A DNA stretch of 64,000 nucleotides from Micrococcales bacterium. GTDB taxonomy: Bacteria; Actinomycetota; Actinomycetes; Actinomycetales; Microbacteriaceae. The DNA is taken from contig JAFKIY010000002.1 in the NCBI GenBank assembly GCA_017306245.1, positions 145,412-209,411 of the forward strand, in the 5' to 3' direction. The position numbers were made by a program, and so were the translations under genes. How positions within the stretch are numbered: position 1 is the stretch's first letter; every line of letters starts with the position of its first letter. Shown piece after piece: positions 22,968 to 31,811 of the stretch. The notes under the pieces were generated by a model. It was not told the DNA's origin, did no database searches, and was given only the letters and a program-made list of their open reading frames with translations.

Positions 22968-23755
22968 GCCGCGACACGGATAACGGCAGCAAACTCGTCA
23001 TCGGCGGGCCCGCTCGCGCCAACCTGCTTCCGCCCGAGGTGGGGGCTGCCGCTCAGGGGAGGATCGTGCGGCGCAACGCCATCGCGCTTCTCGTTCTCGC
23101 CGTGCTCGTCGTCATCGCCGCGTACGCCGGTGCGACGGTGTTCGCGCTCGGGGCGCAAAATGAGCTCGACGCCGCCAACAAGCGCACCCAGGAACTCATC
23201 GCCGAACAGGGGAAGTACGTTGAGGTCAAACAGGTGACGAACCTTCTGGCGACTGCAACGGCCGCGCGCCAGGTGGGGATGTCGACGGAAATCGACTGGA
23301 AGGCCTATCTCAGCGATATTCAGGGCAGCCTTCCGGCTGGCACGCTCATCACGAATGTCGTCGCAGAAACCGCCACCCCTCTCGTCGCCTTCGATCAGCC
23401 GCAGGTGCCGCTCCAGGGCGATCGGATCGGCGAACTGAAATTCACGGCAACTTCGAAGTCGCTTCCGGATGTCGAAAAGTGGCTCGACGGCCTGTCGAAG
23501 CTCTACGGATACGTCGATGCGTCCCCCGGATCGATCACTCTCAACAAAGACACAGCACTGTACGAGGTGACGATCACCATGCACATCAACCGGGACGCGC
23601 TCCTGGATCGATTCGACGAGGTCGCCCTCGCCGAGCGGGACAAATCCAGAGCCGAACAGGACGCCGCCATCAAGGCCAAGGAAGAGGCCGCGGCCGCACC
23701 CGCCACGCCGTCGCCGAGCCCCAGTCCTTCAGCCAGTTCAGACGGGGGTAAGTGA
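22964..23755 (+). CDS. pilN: PilN-like pilus alignment protein
   Basis: 263 aa. N-terminal ANLLPPEV (the INLLP-type PilM-binding motif), a single TM helix, a coiled coil, and a Pro/Ser/Ala-rich tail. The ATG overlaps the pilM stop (ATGA). Confidence 0.75.
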   Translation: MSRDTDNGSKLVIGGPARANLLPPEVGAAAQGRIVRRNAIALLVLAVLVVIAAYAGATVFALGAQNELDAANKRTQELIAEQGKYVEVKQVTNLLATATAARQVGMSTEIDWKAYLSDIQGSLPAGTLITNVVAETATPLVAFDQPQVPLQGDRIGELKFTATSKSLPDVEKWLDGLSKLYGYVDASPGSITLNKDTALYEVTITMHINRDALLDRFDEVALAERDKSRAEQDAAIKAKEEAAAAPATPSPSPSPSASSDGGK

Positions 23756-24420
23756 ACATGAACAACAAATTCTGGTTGCTCATTGCCGGAGTCCTCGGTG
23801 TCGTCATCCTCGCCATGGGCTGGTTCCTCGGCGTTTCACCGAAGCTCGACGAAATGGCTGCAGCGAACGATCAGCGCGCCAGCGTCGAACAGCAGAACAG
23901 GCTTCACGAAGCCAAACTGGCAGAACTCAAGAAGCAGTTTAAAGACCTGGACAACCTGAAGGCGGACCTCACGGAAGCACAACTGGGCCTGCCCCCCGGG
24001 GATGAGCTCTCCACGTTCCTCGGGCAGCTGCATCAGCTCGAGGCGGCGAGCGGCGTCTCGCTGACGAAGTTCGCGGCTAGCGATGGCCAGCGCTATATCG
24101 CGGCGCCAGGTGCGACAGTCAACGCGGCGATCACGGCCGATAACTTCGTGGCGATCACGATCGACCTGACGGTCGCCGGCACGCAGGCGCAGGTGATGAA
24201 TTTCGTCAGCGATCTGCAGTACGGCCCTCGCCTTTTCCTGGTGACCAAACTCACGGTCGCCCAGGATCAGACATCTGCCGACCAGGAAGGCAAGCCGGCC
24301 GGCTATACCGGTTCCATTACCGGGTATGTCTACGTGCTCGTCGACCCGTCGGCGCCGCCGCCCACACCGACCCCGGTCGGATCGCTCGACACCAAACCGT
24401 CGCCGAGTCCGTCCCCGTAG
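23752..24420 (+). CDS. pilO: PilO-like pilus alignment protein
   Basis: 222 aa. N-terminal TM helix, a coiled coil (NRLHEAKLAELKKQFKDLDNLKADL), then an alpha/beta core. The GTG overlaps the pilN stop. An alternative ATG lies at 23758. Confidence 0.7.
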   Translation: MNMNNKFWLLIAGVLGVVILAMGWFLGVSPKLDEMAAANDQRASVEQQNRLHEAKLAELKKQFKDLDNLKADLTEAQLGLPPGDELSTFLGQLHQLEAASGVSLTKFAASDGQRYIAAPGATVNAAITADNFVAITIDLTVAGTQAQVMNFVSDLQYGPRLFLVTKLTVAQDQTSADQEGKPAGYTGSITGYVYVLVDPSAPPPTPTPVGSLDTKPSPSPSP

Positions 24421-24503
24421 CAGTTTCCATCTGTCGCCGTCGCAGCATCCGTTGCTAGAGTGACCCTAGCCGGGCCACGGAGTCTCGGCGTGTGGAGGTA
24501 CGG

Positions 24504-25298
24504 ATGAACGCCAACAACGCAACGCCGGACGACAAGGACGCCGAGGAGAACGCTGAAGCGGTCGCCGCCGAGGACGCGGCGGAGAACACCCCGGCCGATG
24601 AGGCTGCGGCGGACGAGGTTGTCACCGAGTCGCCGACGGAGGACGCCGAGGCGGCCGTTGGAAGCGAAGCCTCGGTTGACGAGGCTGCCACCCCGGCCCA
24701 GACCGGAGAGGTAGCGCCAGCCCCGGTGCAGACCGTGTACGTCACCGCGCCGACACCGCCCAAGCGCAAGGGCAATCGAGGGATGGGGACCCTGCTCGCG
24801 TTCGTCGCGGCCATCGTTTTTGCCGCCGCGTATGCCGGAGTTGCGGCGCTGCTCATCCTCTTCGTGAACCCTGCGGTCGTGCCGGATGCGCTCGTCAAGT
24901 TCCTCGTCGGCCCGCTCTACTACATCCCGGTGCTCGCGTTCCTCGTGATCATGATCCTGTGGGCGCTTCTCGTGAACCGAGCCAGCTGGTGGGCCTGGGT
25001 CATCGGGTCCCTGGTCGTCGCGGCCGTCACCTATTTCGCTTCCATCGGGGCGCTCCTGCTCATGGCCGGAGGGTTCGGGCTCACGGCAAGTGAGGCCGCG
25101 CGCGACTTCGTGGGATTCGCCGTGAATCCCGCGCTGATCGCGGCGGGCCTTCTCGCGAGAGAGACCTCGATCTGGTTCGGTGCGGCGATCGCCAGACGCG
25201 GCCGACGCGTGCGCGAGCGCAACTATGAGGCCTGGCAGGCATTCGAGAACGAAGAGGCGCGGAAGAGAGCAGAGTTTGGCGGAGTCGCCGCCGTCTGA
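24504..25298 (+). CDS. Hypothetical membrane protein with acidic disordered N-terminus
   Basis: ORF 24492..25298 with ATG at 24504. About 90 aa are D/E/A-rich, followed by roughly 5 predicted TM helices and a basic C-terminus. No family recognised. Confidence 0.55.
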   Translation: MNANNATPDDKDAEENAEAVAAEDAAENTPADEAAADEVVTESPTEDAEAAVGSEASVDEAATPAQTGEVAPAPVQTVYVTAPTPPKRKGNRGMGTLLAFVAAIVFAAAYAGVAALLILFVNPAVVPDALVKFLVGPLYYIPVLAFLVIMILWALLVNRASWWAWVIGSLVVAAVTYFASIGALLLMAGGFGLTASEAARDFVGFAVNPALIAAGLLARETSIWFGAAIARRGRRVRERNYEAWQAFENEEARKRAEFGGVAAV

Positions 25299-25341
25299 TC
25301 CGGCCCGCCCCCGCTCGTTTTCGCGGGCGCTGCTGATCGCA

Positions 25342-25755
25342 GTGATGGTGGCCGTGCTCTACGGCGCGATCCTGATGGCCGTGGACGGCTTCGTGAGCCT
25401 GCTCATCGATCGCGACGTCATTTCGGAGCCGGATGCCGGGCCGCTCGTCGGCCCGGTGATGGCGGTCACGGCGCTGTCCATCGTGTTCGTGTCCGTGCTG
25501 GGCGGGTTGCGCCCAGCACCGGGTCCGCGCCGGGTGCCGGTGGGGCGCGCCATCAGCACCCTGGCGATCGTGTACGTTCTGAGCCCGCTCGCCGGTGCCA
25601 TCGTCTACGTTTTCGGCCAGGATCGGGCCCTCACGGCCGTAGAGTTCTTCGGTAAGTATCTGGGAAGCCCGTTCGTGATCGCCTCCGCCGCTCTGGCGGG
25701 TCTGGCCATTCTGCTTCTGCCGATCATCGACAAGTCGAGATCGCGCGCCCGATGA
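25342..25755 (+). CDS. Hypothetical small membrane protein
   Basis: ORF 25180..25755. The start is uncertain: in-frame TTG at 25276, GTG at 25342 or ATG at 25345. About 4 TM helices. No family recognised. Confidence 0.45.
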   Translation: MMVAVLYGAILMAVDGFVSLLIDRDVISEPDAGPLVGPVMAVTALSIVFVSVLGGLRPAPGPRRVPVGRAISTLAIVYVLSPLAGAIVYVFGQDRALTAVEFFGKYLGSPFVIASAALAGLAILLLPIIDKSRSRAR

Positions 25756-26051
25756 GGTGAACCATTTGACCGCGGATGCCCGAGCGACTATTCTTTTCTA
25801 GGTGTGCGCTTTGCCGCACGTTGTCCTGTGCCCAAAATCGCGGGAGGGCGAGCACTGAGGCACCAGCTACGAATTGGGCTCGACAGGGACGGTTTAACCG
25901 CCGGTCCTGCGCCCCCACGGCATACCCACCAATGAAGCCAGGGACTAAATGTCCCGCGGTGGGTCACGTCACTCGCACAGCGGTTTTCACTGTGCGGAGT
26001 GAAAAACAAGAACCAACTGTCACCGTGCAGTCAATTCAAGGAGTTACATCA

Positions 26052-26426
26052 GTGCCAACCATTCAGCAGTTGGTCCGAAAGGGTCGCAATCCGAAGGTCG
26101 CCAAGACCAAGACGCCTGCCCTGAAGGCCAACCCCCAGCAGCGCGGCGTATGCACCCGCGTGTACACGACCACCCCGAAGAAGCCGAACTCTGCCCTGCG
26201 CAAGGTTGCCCGCGTCAAGCTCAGCAACGGCACGGAGGTGACCGCCTACATCCCGGGCGAGGGCCACAATCTTCAAGAGCACTCGATGGTGCTCGTGCGC
26301 GGCGGTCGAGTCAAGGACCTCCCCGGCGTGCGCTACAAGATCGTGCGCGGTGCGCTCGATACCCAGGCCGTGAAGAACCGTCAGCAGGCGCGCAGCCGCT
26401 ACGGCGCAAAGAAGGACAAGAAGTAA
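26052..26426 (+). CDS. rpsL: 30S ribosomal protein S12
   Basis: GTG at 26052 preceded by [31 protein letters not shown]..., 124 aa. Confidence 0.97.
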   Translation: MPTIQQLVRKGRNPKVAKTKTPALKANPQQRGVCTRVYTTTPKKPNSALRKVARVKLSNGTEVTAYIPGEGHNLQEHSMVLVRGGRVKDLPGVRYKIVRGALDTQAVKNRQQARSRYGAKKDKK

Positions 26427-26896
26427 TGCCTCGCAAAGGACCAGCACCGAAGCGCCCCGTCGTGGCCGACCCGGTCTATGGAGCTCCCATCGTCAGCCAG
26501 CTCGTGAACAAGATCGTGCTCGACGGCAAGAAGGGTCTCGCCGAGAAGATCGTCTACGACGCCCTCGCCGGCGTCTCCTCGAAGAACGGCGCGGATGCCG
26601 TCGTGACCCTGAAGAAGGCTCTCGACAACGTTCGCCCGACCATCGAGGTGAAGAGCCGCCGCGTGGGCGGATCGACGTACCAGGTGCCCGTCGAGGTGAA
26701 ACCCCACCGCGCGAACACCCTGGCGCTTCGCTGGCTCACGACGTATGCGAAGGCCCGCCGCGAGAAGACGATGACCGAGCGCCTCACCAACGAAATTCTG
26801 GATGCATCCAACGGTCTCGGTGCCGCGGTGAAGCGCCGCGAGGACACCCACAAGATGGCTGAGTCGAACCGCGCCTTCGCTCACTATAGGTGGTAG
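26426..26896 (+). CDS. rpsG: 30S ribosomal protein S7
   Basis: The ATG overlaps the rpsL stop (TAATG). [19 protein letters not shown]..., 156 aa. Confidence 0.97.
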   Translation: MPRKGPAPKRPVVADPVYGAPIVSQLVNKIVLDGKKGLAEKIVYDALAGVSSKNGADAVVTLKKALDNVRPTIEVKSRRVGGSTYQVPVEVKPHRANTLALRWLTTYAKARREKTMTERLTNEILDASNGLGAAVKRREDTHKMAESNRAFAHYRW

Positions 26897-26944
26897 CGCT
26901 GGAGCGATGAGCGAAGGCCATTTCTGGCCGTCGCCGCGACGCCA
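26896..26944 (-). repeat. REP-like palindromic element, copy B (core GGCCATTTCTGGCC at 26916-26929)
   Basis: gcgctggagcgatgagcgaaGGCCATTTCTGGCCgtcgccgcgacgcca. Its reverse complement aligns closely with copy A, including the flanks. Confidence 0.6.
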
Positions 26945-26947
26945 ACT

Positions 26948-26970
26948 CCGAAGCCCGTCTCGGGCTTCGG
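26948..26970 (+). terminator. Hairpin between rpsG and fusA (attenuator or processing candidate)
   Basis: ccgaagcccg-tct-cgggcttcgg, a 10-bp perfect stem. Confidence 0.4.
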
Positions 26971-27015
26971 CTGTTCGCATTGTAACTTTTCACAATCAAA
27001 CGTAAGGAACACACA

Positions 27016-29130
27016 GTGGCACAGGAAGCGCTCACCGACCTGAGCAAGGTCCGAAATATTGGGATCATGGCGCACATCGATGCCGGTAAGACGACAACGA
27101 CGGAGCGCATCCTGTTCTACACGGGCGTCAACCACAAGATCGGCGAGACGCACGATGGTGCGTCCACGACGGACTGGATGGAGCAGGAGCAGGAGCGCGG
27201 CATCACGATCACCTCCGCTGCAGTCACCTGCTTCTGGAACAAGAACCAGATCAACATCATCGACACCCCGGGCCACGTCGACTTCACGGTCGAGGTGGAG
27301 CGGAGCTTGCGCGTGCTCGACGGCGCCGTCGCCGTGTTCGACGGCAAGGAGGGCGTTGAGCCCCAGTCCGAGACGGTCTGGCGCCAGGCCGACAAGTACG
27401 ATGTGCCGCGCATTTGCTTCGTCAACAAGATGGACAAGCTCGGTGCCGACTTCTACTTCACCGTGGACACCATCGTCAAGCGCCTTGGCGCGAAGCCGCT
27501 CGTCATCCAGTTGCCCATCGGCGCGGAAAGCGACTTCCTCGGAGTCGTCGACCTCGTCGAGATGCGCGCCCTCGTGTGGGAGGCAGACTCCAAGGGCGAC
27601 GTCACCATGGGGGCGAAGTACGACGTTCAGGAGATCCCGGAGAACCTCAAGGAGAAGGCGGCCGAATACCGCCAGCACCTCCTTGAGGCCGTAGCGGAAA
27701 CGGATGACGCGCTGCTGGAGAAGTACTTCGCCGGCGAAGAGCTGACGGTTGCCGAAATCAAGTCGGGCATCCGCAAGCTCACAATCTCGAGCACCATGTA
27801 CCCGGTGCTGTGCGGTTCGGCGTTCAAGAACCGCGGCGTGCAGCCGATGCTGGATGCCGTCATCGACTACCTGCCGAACCCGCTGGACGTTCCGGCGGTG
27901 GAAGGCTTCGACCCGCGCGACGAGTCAGTTGTCATCGAACGGCACCCCGACCCGAAGGACCCGTTCGCAGCCCTCGCGTTCAAGGTCGCCGTTCACCCGT
28001 TCTTCGGCCGGCTCACCTACATCCGGGTGTACTCCGGGCATCTCGACAGCGGCGGTCAGGTCGCCAACTCGACGAAGCAGAAGAAGGAGCGCATCGGGAA
28101 GATCTTCCAGATGCACGCGAACAAGGAGATCCCGGTGCCTTCCGTGACGGCGGGGCACATTTACGCGGTCATCGGCCTCAAGGACACCACGACCGGCGAC
28201 ACCCTGTGCGACCCGAACGCGCAAATCGTGCTCGAGTCGATGACATTCCCGGAGCCCGTCATCGAGGTGGCGATCGAGCCGAAGACGAAGGCCGACCAGG
28301 AGAAGCTGGGGCTCGCCATCCAAAAGCTCGCCGAAGAAGACCCGACGTTCCGCACCGAACAGAACATCGACACCGGCCAGACCGTCATCAAGGGGATGGG
28401 CGAGCTTCACCTCGACATCCTGGTCGACCGCATGAAGCGCGAGTTCAACGTCGAGGCGAACGTCGGCAAGCCGCAGGTCGCGTACCGCGAAACCATCAAG
28501 CGCATCGTCGACAAGCACGACTACACCCACAAGAAACAGACGGGTGGGTCCGGCCAGTTCGCGAAGGTGCAGATCTCTCTCGAACCAATCGAACTCTCCG
28601 CGGAGAACACGTACGAGTTCGAGAGCAAAGTCACCGGCGGACGTGTTCCTCGCGAATACATCCCCTCGGTGGATGCCGGAATGAAGGATGCGATGCAGGT
28701 CGGCGTACTCGCCGGCTACCCCATGGTGGGTGTGAAAGCCATCCTCCTGGACGGCGCAGCCCACGACGTCGACTCTTCGGAGATGGCGTTCAAGATCGCC
28801 GGGTCGATGGCCTTCAAGGAGGCCGCTCGCAAGGCGAACCCCGTACTGCTCGAGCCGCTCATGGCCGTCGAGGTGCGTACCCCGGAGGAGTACATGGGGG
28901 ACGTCATCGGCGACCTGAACTCACGGCGTGGCCAAATCCAGTCCATGGAGGATGCCACCGGCGTGAAGGTCATCCGGGCGCTCGTGCCGCTGTCTGAGAT
29001 GTTCGGATATGTGGGCGACTTGAGGTCGAAGACCTCGGGCCGCGCCGTGTATTCGATGGGCTTTGACAGCTACTCCGAGGTGCCGCGCGCGGTTGCCGAC
29101 GAGATTATCCAGAAGAACAAGGGCGAGTAA
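27016..29130 (+). CDS. fusA: Elongation factor G
   Basis: 704-aa ORF with GTG start. [20 protein letters not shown]1 motif and full-length EF-G. Confidence 0.98.
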   Translation: MAQEALTDLSKVRNIGIMAHIDAGKTTTTERILFYTGVNHKIGETHDGASTTDWMEQEQERGITITSAAVTCFWNKNQINIIDTPGHVDFTVEVERSLRVLDGAVAVFDGKEGVEPQSETVWRQADKYDVPRICFVNKMDKLGADFYFTVDTIVKRLGAKPLVIQLPIGAESDFLGVVDLVEMRALVWEADSKGDVTMGAKYDVQEIPENLKEKAAEYRQHLLEAVAETDDALLEKYFAGEELTVAEIKSGIRKLTISSTMYPVLCGSAFKNRGVQPMLDAVIDYLPNPLDVPAVEGFDPRDESVVIERHPDPKDPFAALAFKVAVHPFFGRLTYIRVYSGHLDSGGQVANSTKQKKERIGKIFQMHANKEIPVPSVTAGHIYAVIGLKDTTTGDTLCDPNAQIVLESMTFPEPVIEVAIEPKTKADQEKLGLAIQKLAEEDPTFRTEQNIDTGQTVIKGMGELHLDILVDRMKREFNVEANVGKPQVAYRETIKRIVDKHDYTHKKQTGGSGQFAKVQISLEPIELSAENTYEFESKVTGGRVPREYIPSVDAGMKDAMQVGVLAGYPMVGVKAILLDGAAHDVDSSEMAFKIAGSMAFKEAARKANPVLLEPLMAVEVRTPEEYMGDVIGDLNSRRGQIQSMEDATGVKVIRALVPLSEMFGYVGDLRSKTSGRAVYSMGFDSYSEVPRAVADEIIQKNKGE

Positions 29131-29234
29131 CGCCCGAACGCAGTATCCCGTAACATAAGACAACATCCCGTAGGTGCCCTGGGCGCAAACCCGCGTCCAG
29201 TGTTCCAACCTGAGAAGTCCTGAGGAGGACCACA

Positions 29235-30428
29235 GTGGCTAAGGCCAAGTTCGAGCGGACTAAGCCGCACGTCAACATCGGAACGATCGGACACGTTGAC
29301 CACGGAAAGACCACGCTCACCGCAGCGATCTCCAAGGTGCTTGCTGACAAGTACCCTTCAGCCGTCAACGTATCGCGCGATTTCGCGTCGATCGACTCGG
29401 CACCTGAAGAGCGTCAGCGCGGCATCACGATCAACATCTCGCACGTCGAGTACGAGACCCCGAAGCGCCACTACGCGCACGTTGACGCCCCAGGGCACGC
29501 CGACTACATCAAGAACATGATCACCGGTGCCGCTCAGATGGACGGTGCGATCCTCGTGGTCGCCGCCACTGACGGCCCGATGGCGCAGACGCGCGAGCAC
29601 GTGCTGCTCGCCAAGCAGGTCGGTGTTCCGTACCTGCTCGTCGCGCTCAACAAGTCCGACATGGTGGACGACGCCGAGATCATGGAGCTCGTCGAGCTCG
29701 AGGTCCGCGAGCTGCTGTCCAGCCAGGGCTTCGACGGCGACAACGCTCCCGTCATCCCGGTCTCCGCGCTCAAGGCTCTTGAGGGCGACGAGAAGTGGGT
29801 GCAGAGCGTCCTCGACCTCATGCAGGCCGTCGACGACTCCGTGCCGGACCCGGTGCGCGACAAGGACAAGCCGTTCCTCATGCCGATCGAGGATGTCTTC
29901 ACGATCACCGGCCGCGGAACGGTTGTTACCGGCCGCGCCGAGCGTGGAACCCTGAAGATCAACTCGGACGTCGAAATCGTCGGCATCCGCCCGACCCAGA
30001 AGACGATCGTCACGGGTATCGAGATGTTCCACAAGCAGCTCGACGAGGCGTGGGCAGGCGAGAACTGTGGTCTGCTGCTTCGCGGCACCAAGCGCGAGGA
30101 TGTCGAGCGCGGCCAGGTTGTCGTGAAGCCGGGCTCGGTCACGCCGCACACGGTGTTCGAGGGAACCGCCTACATCCTGTCGAAGGATGAGGGTGGTCGT
30201 CACAACCCGTTCTATGCGAACTACCGTCCGCAGTTCTACTTCCGCACCACGGACGTCACCGGCGTCATCTCGCTGCCTGAGGGCACCGAGATGGTCATGC
30301 CGGGTGACACCACGGAGATGACGGTCGAGCTGATTCAGCCGATCGCCATGGAAGAGGGACTCGGCTTCGCCATTCGCGAGGGTGGCCGTACCGTTGGTGC
30401 CGGCAAGGTCATCAAGGTCATCAAGTAG
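29235..30428 (+). CDS. tuf: Elongation factor Tu
   Basis: 397-aa ORF with GTG start. [21 protein letters not shown] and NKSD motifs. Confidence 0.98.
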   Translation: MAKAKFERTKPHVNIGTIGHVDHGKTTLTAAISKVLADKYPSAVNVSRDFASIDSAPEERQRGITINISHVEYETPKRHYAHVDAPGHADYIKNMITGAAQMDGAILVVAATDGPMAQTREHVLLAKQVGVPYLLVALNKSDMVDDAEIMELVELEVRELLSSQGFDGDNAPVIPVSALKALEGDEKWVQSVLDLMQAVDDSVPDPVRDKDKPFLMPIEDVFTITGRGTVVTGRAERGTLKINSDVEIVGIRPTQKTIVTGIEMFHKQLDEAWAGENCGLLLRGTKREDVERGQVVVKPGSVTPHTVFEGTAYILSKDEGGRHNPFYANYRPQFYFRTTDVTGVISLPEGTEMVMPGDTTEMTVELIQPIAMEEGLGFAIREGGRTVGAGKVIKVIK

Positions 30429-30441
30429 TTTCTGCTTCGTG

Positions 30442-30471
30442 GAGGGGTCGGGCCGAAAGGCCCGGCCCCTC
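30442..30471 (+). terminator. Rho-independent terminator of tuf
   Basis: gaggggtcgggcc-gaaa-ggcccggcccctc (13 bp including one G-U pair), followed by tttcttgtc. Confidence 0.8.
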
Positions 30472-30533
30472 TTTCTTGTCGTCCTGTGTTCTTCTTTCTC
30501 AGCGAGCGCCGACCGATGGTGGTCCGGATGGCA

Positions 30534-30553
30534 GATAGTGCCTAGGCACTATC
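30534..30553. promoter_or_regulatory. Perfect 20-bp palindrome (candidate operator)
   Basis: GATAGTGCCTAGGCACTATC is exactly self-complementary. It lies about 130 nt upstream of the likely start of the AbiEi-like gene. Confidence 0.4.
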
Positions 30554-30680
30554 CCTCGTCCGGAGGGGTATCTCTCGGCGGCAAGTGTATGTGCCCTCCA
30601 CAGGCAATAGCGGCGCGTGGACTACACCACTGGCACCTACAGCGACTCGGGACCTGGGCAAAGCACGCGACACTTGCTCC

Positions 30681-31622
30681 GTGAATGGCATCATCCGCGT
30701 GGCAGACCTCGCGCGTGAGGGTGGCGACGATCGTGCGCTTCGACGTAGTGCGGAACGCGGGATCATGGTGCGCCTGGCACGCGGGCGGTTCCTCGAAGCC
30801 GGCGAGTGGAACGTGCTTGATCCGGACGAGAAATACCGGGCGCAGGTCCGGGCGTTCGCGGAGACGACTCGCACGGTTCAGGTATTTTCGCATTGGAGCG
30901 CCGCCGCGTTGTGGGGGATCCCGATTGTCGGTGTGTGGCCGAGTGCAATCCACGTCACGGTAAATCCGAAGTCGGGGCAGCGTTCAACGCGCCGAGTCGT
31001 CCGCCACCTCGCCGCGCTCCGTGACGATGAGGTGGTGCAAAGGGACGGATTGTTCGTCACGTCGCCTCTCCGCACCGTTGTGGATCTGGCGCGGACCGCG
31101 CGATTTGAGACAGGGGTGGCCGTGGTCGATTTTGCGATCGCACGGCATCGCAAGGACCGCGATCCGGCCCTCCACGTCGAGCATGGACTCGTGATCGAGG
31201 CAGCCGACCAGTTGGCGAACCAGCGGGGCGTTCGACGTCTGCGACGTGTTGGCGAGTTTGCTGACGGTCGATCTGGGTCGGCGGGCGAATCGTTTAGTCG
31301 AGTTCAGATCGCTCGAGCAGGACTTCCCGCGCCGGATTTGCAGGTCGAGGTCATCGATCGAGAGGGACGGACCTGGCACACCGACTTCGGATGGAAGGAC
31401 AGCGCGCTTTTGGGCGAGTTCGACGGAATGGCAAAGTACACGCGAAATCGCTACCTCCAGGGTCGGGAGGTTGCCGAGGTCGTCATCGAGGAGAAGTTGC
31501 GCGAGGATGCCATCCGCCTCGCGACGGGGTTTGGAATGGTTCGCTGGACGTGGCCGGTCGCATCCGACGTTCATCGACTTGAGCGATTGCTCGTGTCTGC
31601 AGGTCTTCGACGCGAGCGATAG
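30681..31622 (+). CDS. Orphan AbiEi_4-like wHTH protein with C-terminal PD-(D/E)xK-like (DUF559-like) region
   Basis: ORF 30585..31622, likely starting at the GTG at 30681. The N-terminus GIIRVADLAREGGDDRALRRSAERGIMVRLARGRF resembles AbiEi-type wHTH domains. The C-terminus HTDFGWKDSALLGEFDGMAKY...EEKLREDAIRLATGFGMVRWTW resembles the endonuclease-like module of this actinobacterial family. Recognised by eye only. Confidence 0.6.
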   Translation: MNGIIRVADLAREGGDDRALRRSAERGIMVRLARGRFLEAGEWNVLDPDEKYRAQVRAFAETTRTVQVFSHWSAAALWGIPIVGVWPSAIHVTVNPKSGQRSTRRVVRHLAALRDDEVVQRDGLFVTSPLRTVVDLARTARFETGVAVVDFAIARHRKDRDPALHVEHGLVIEAADQLANQRGVRRLRRVGEFADGRSGSAGESFSRVQIARAGLPAPDLQVEVIDREGRTWHTDFGWKDSALLGEFDGMAKYTRNRYLQGREVAEVVIEEKLREDAIRLATGFGMVRWTWPVASDVHRLERLLVSAGLRRER

Positions 31623-31688
31623 TGAAGCGGACGGGGGATAGCGCCGCGGCGACATCGCTCGTCCGTCTGGGCATCGCTCGCCGACCGC

Positions 31689-31740
31689 GGGGCGTGTCGT
31701 CGCGGAGGCCAGAAATGGCCTCCACCCCAAGGCGACATCC
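31689..31740 (+). repeat. REP-like palindromic element, copy C1 (core 31707-31720)
   Basis: ggggcgtgtcgtcgcggaGGCCAGAAATGGCCtccaccccaaggcgacatcc. Confidence 0.7.
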
Positions 31741-31757
31741 TCGCCCGGGACGGGCTC

Positions 31758-31811
31758 GGGGCGTGTCGCGGTGGAGGCCAGAAATGGCCTCCACCTCCAT
31801 GCGACACGCCC
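31758..31811 (+). repeat. REP-like palindromic element, copy C2 (core 31776-31789)
   Basis: ggggcgtgtcgc-ggtggaGGCC-AGAAAT-GGCCtccacc-tccat-gcgacacgccc, a two-tier hairpin lying 69 bp after C1. Confidence 0.7.

Noticed and set aside
11681-26051. The T4P region as a mobile genomic island
   Set aside because: There is no integrase, transposase, tRNA gene or flanking direct repeats. I could see no obvious shift in base composition or codon style by eye. The rpoC-rpsL interval is variable in actinobacteria anyway. Mobility is therefore unsupported.
31689-31811. Possible mini-CRISPR (two similar repeats 69 bp apart)
   Set aside because: There are only two tandem copies, the repeats are long imperfect palindromes, related copies are dispersed singly in both orientations after other genes, and no cas genes are present. 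This is REP-like behaviour, not CRISPR.
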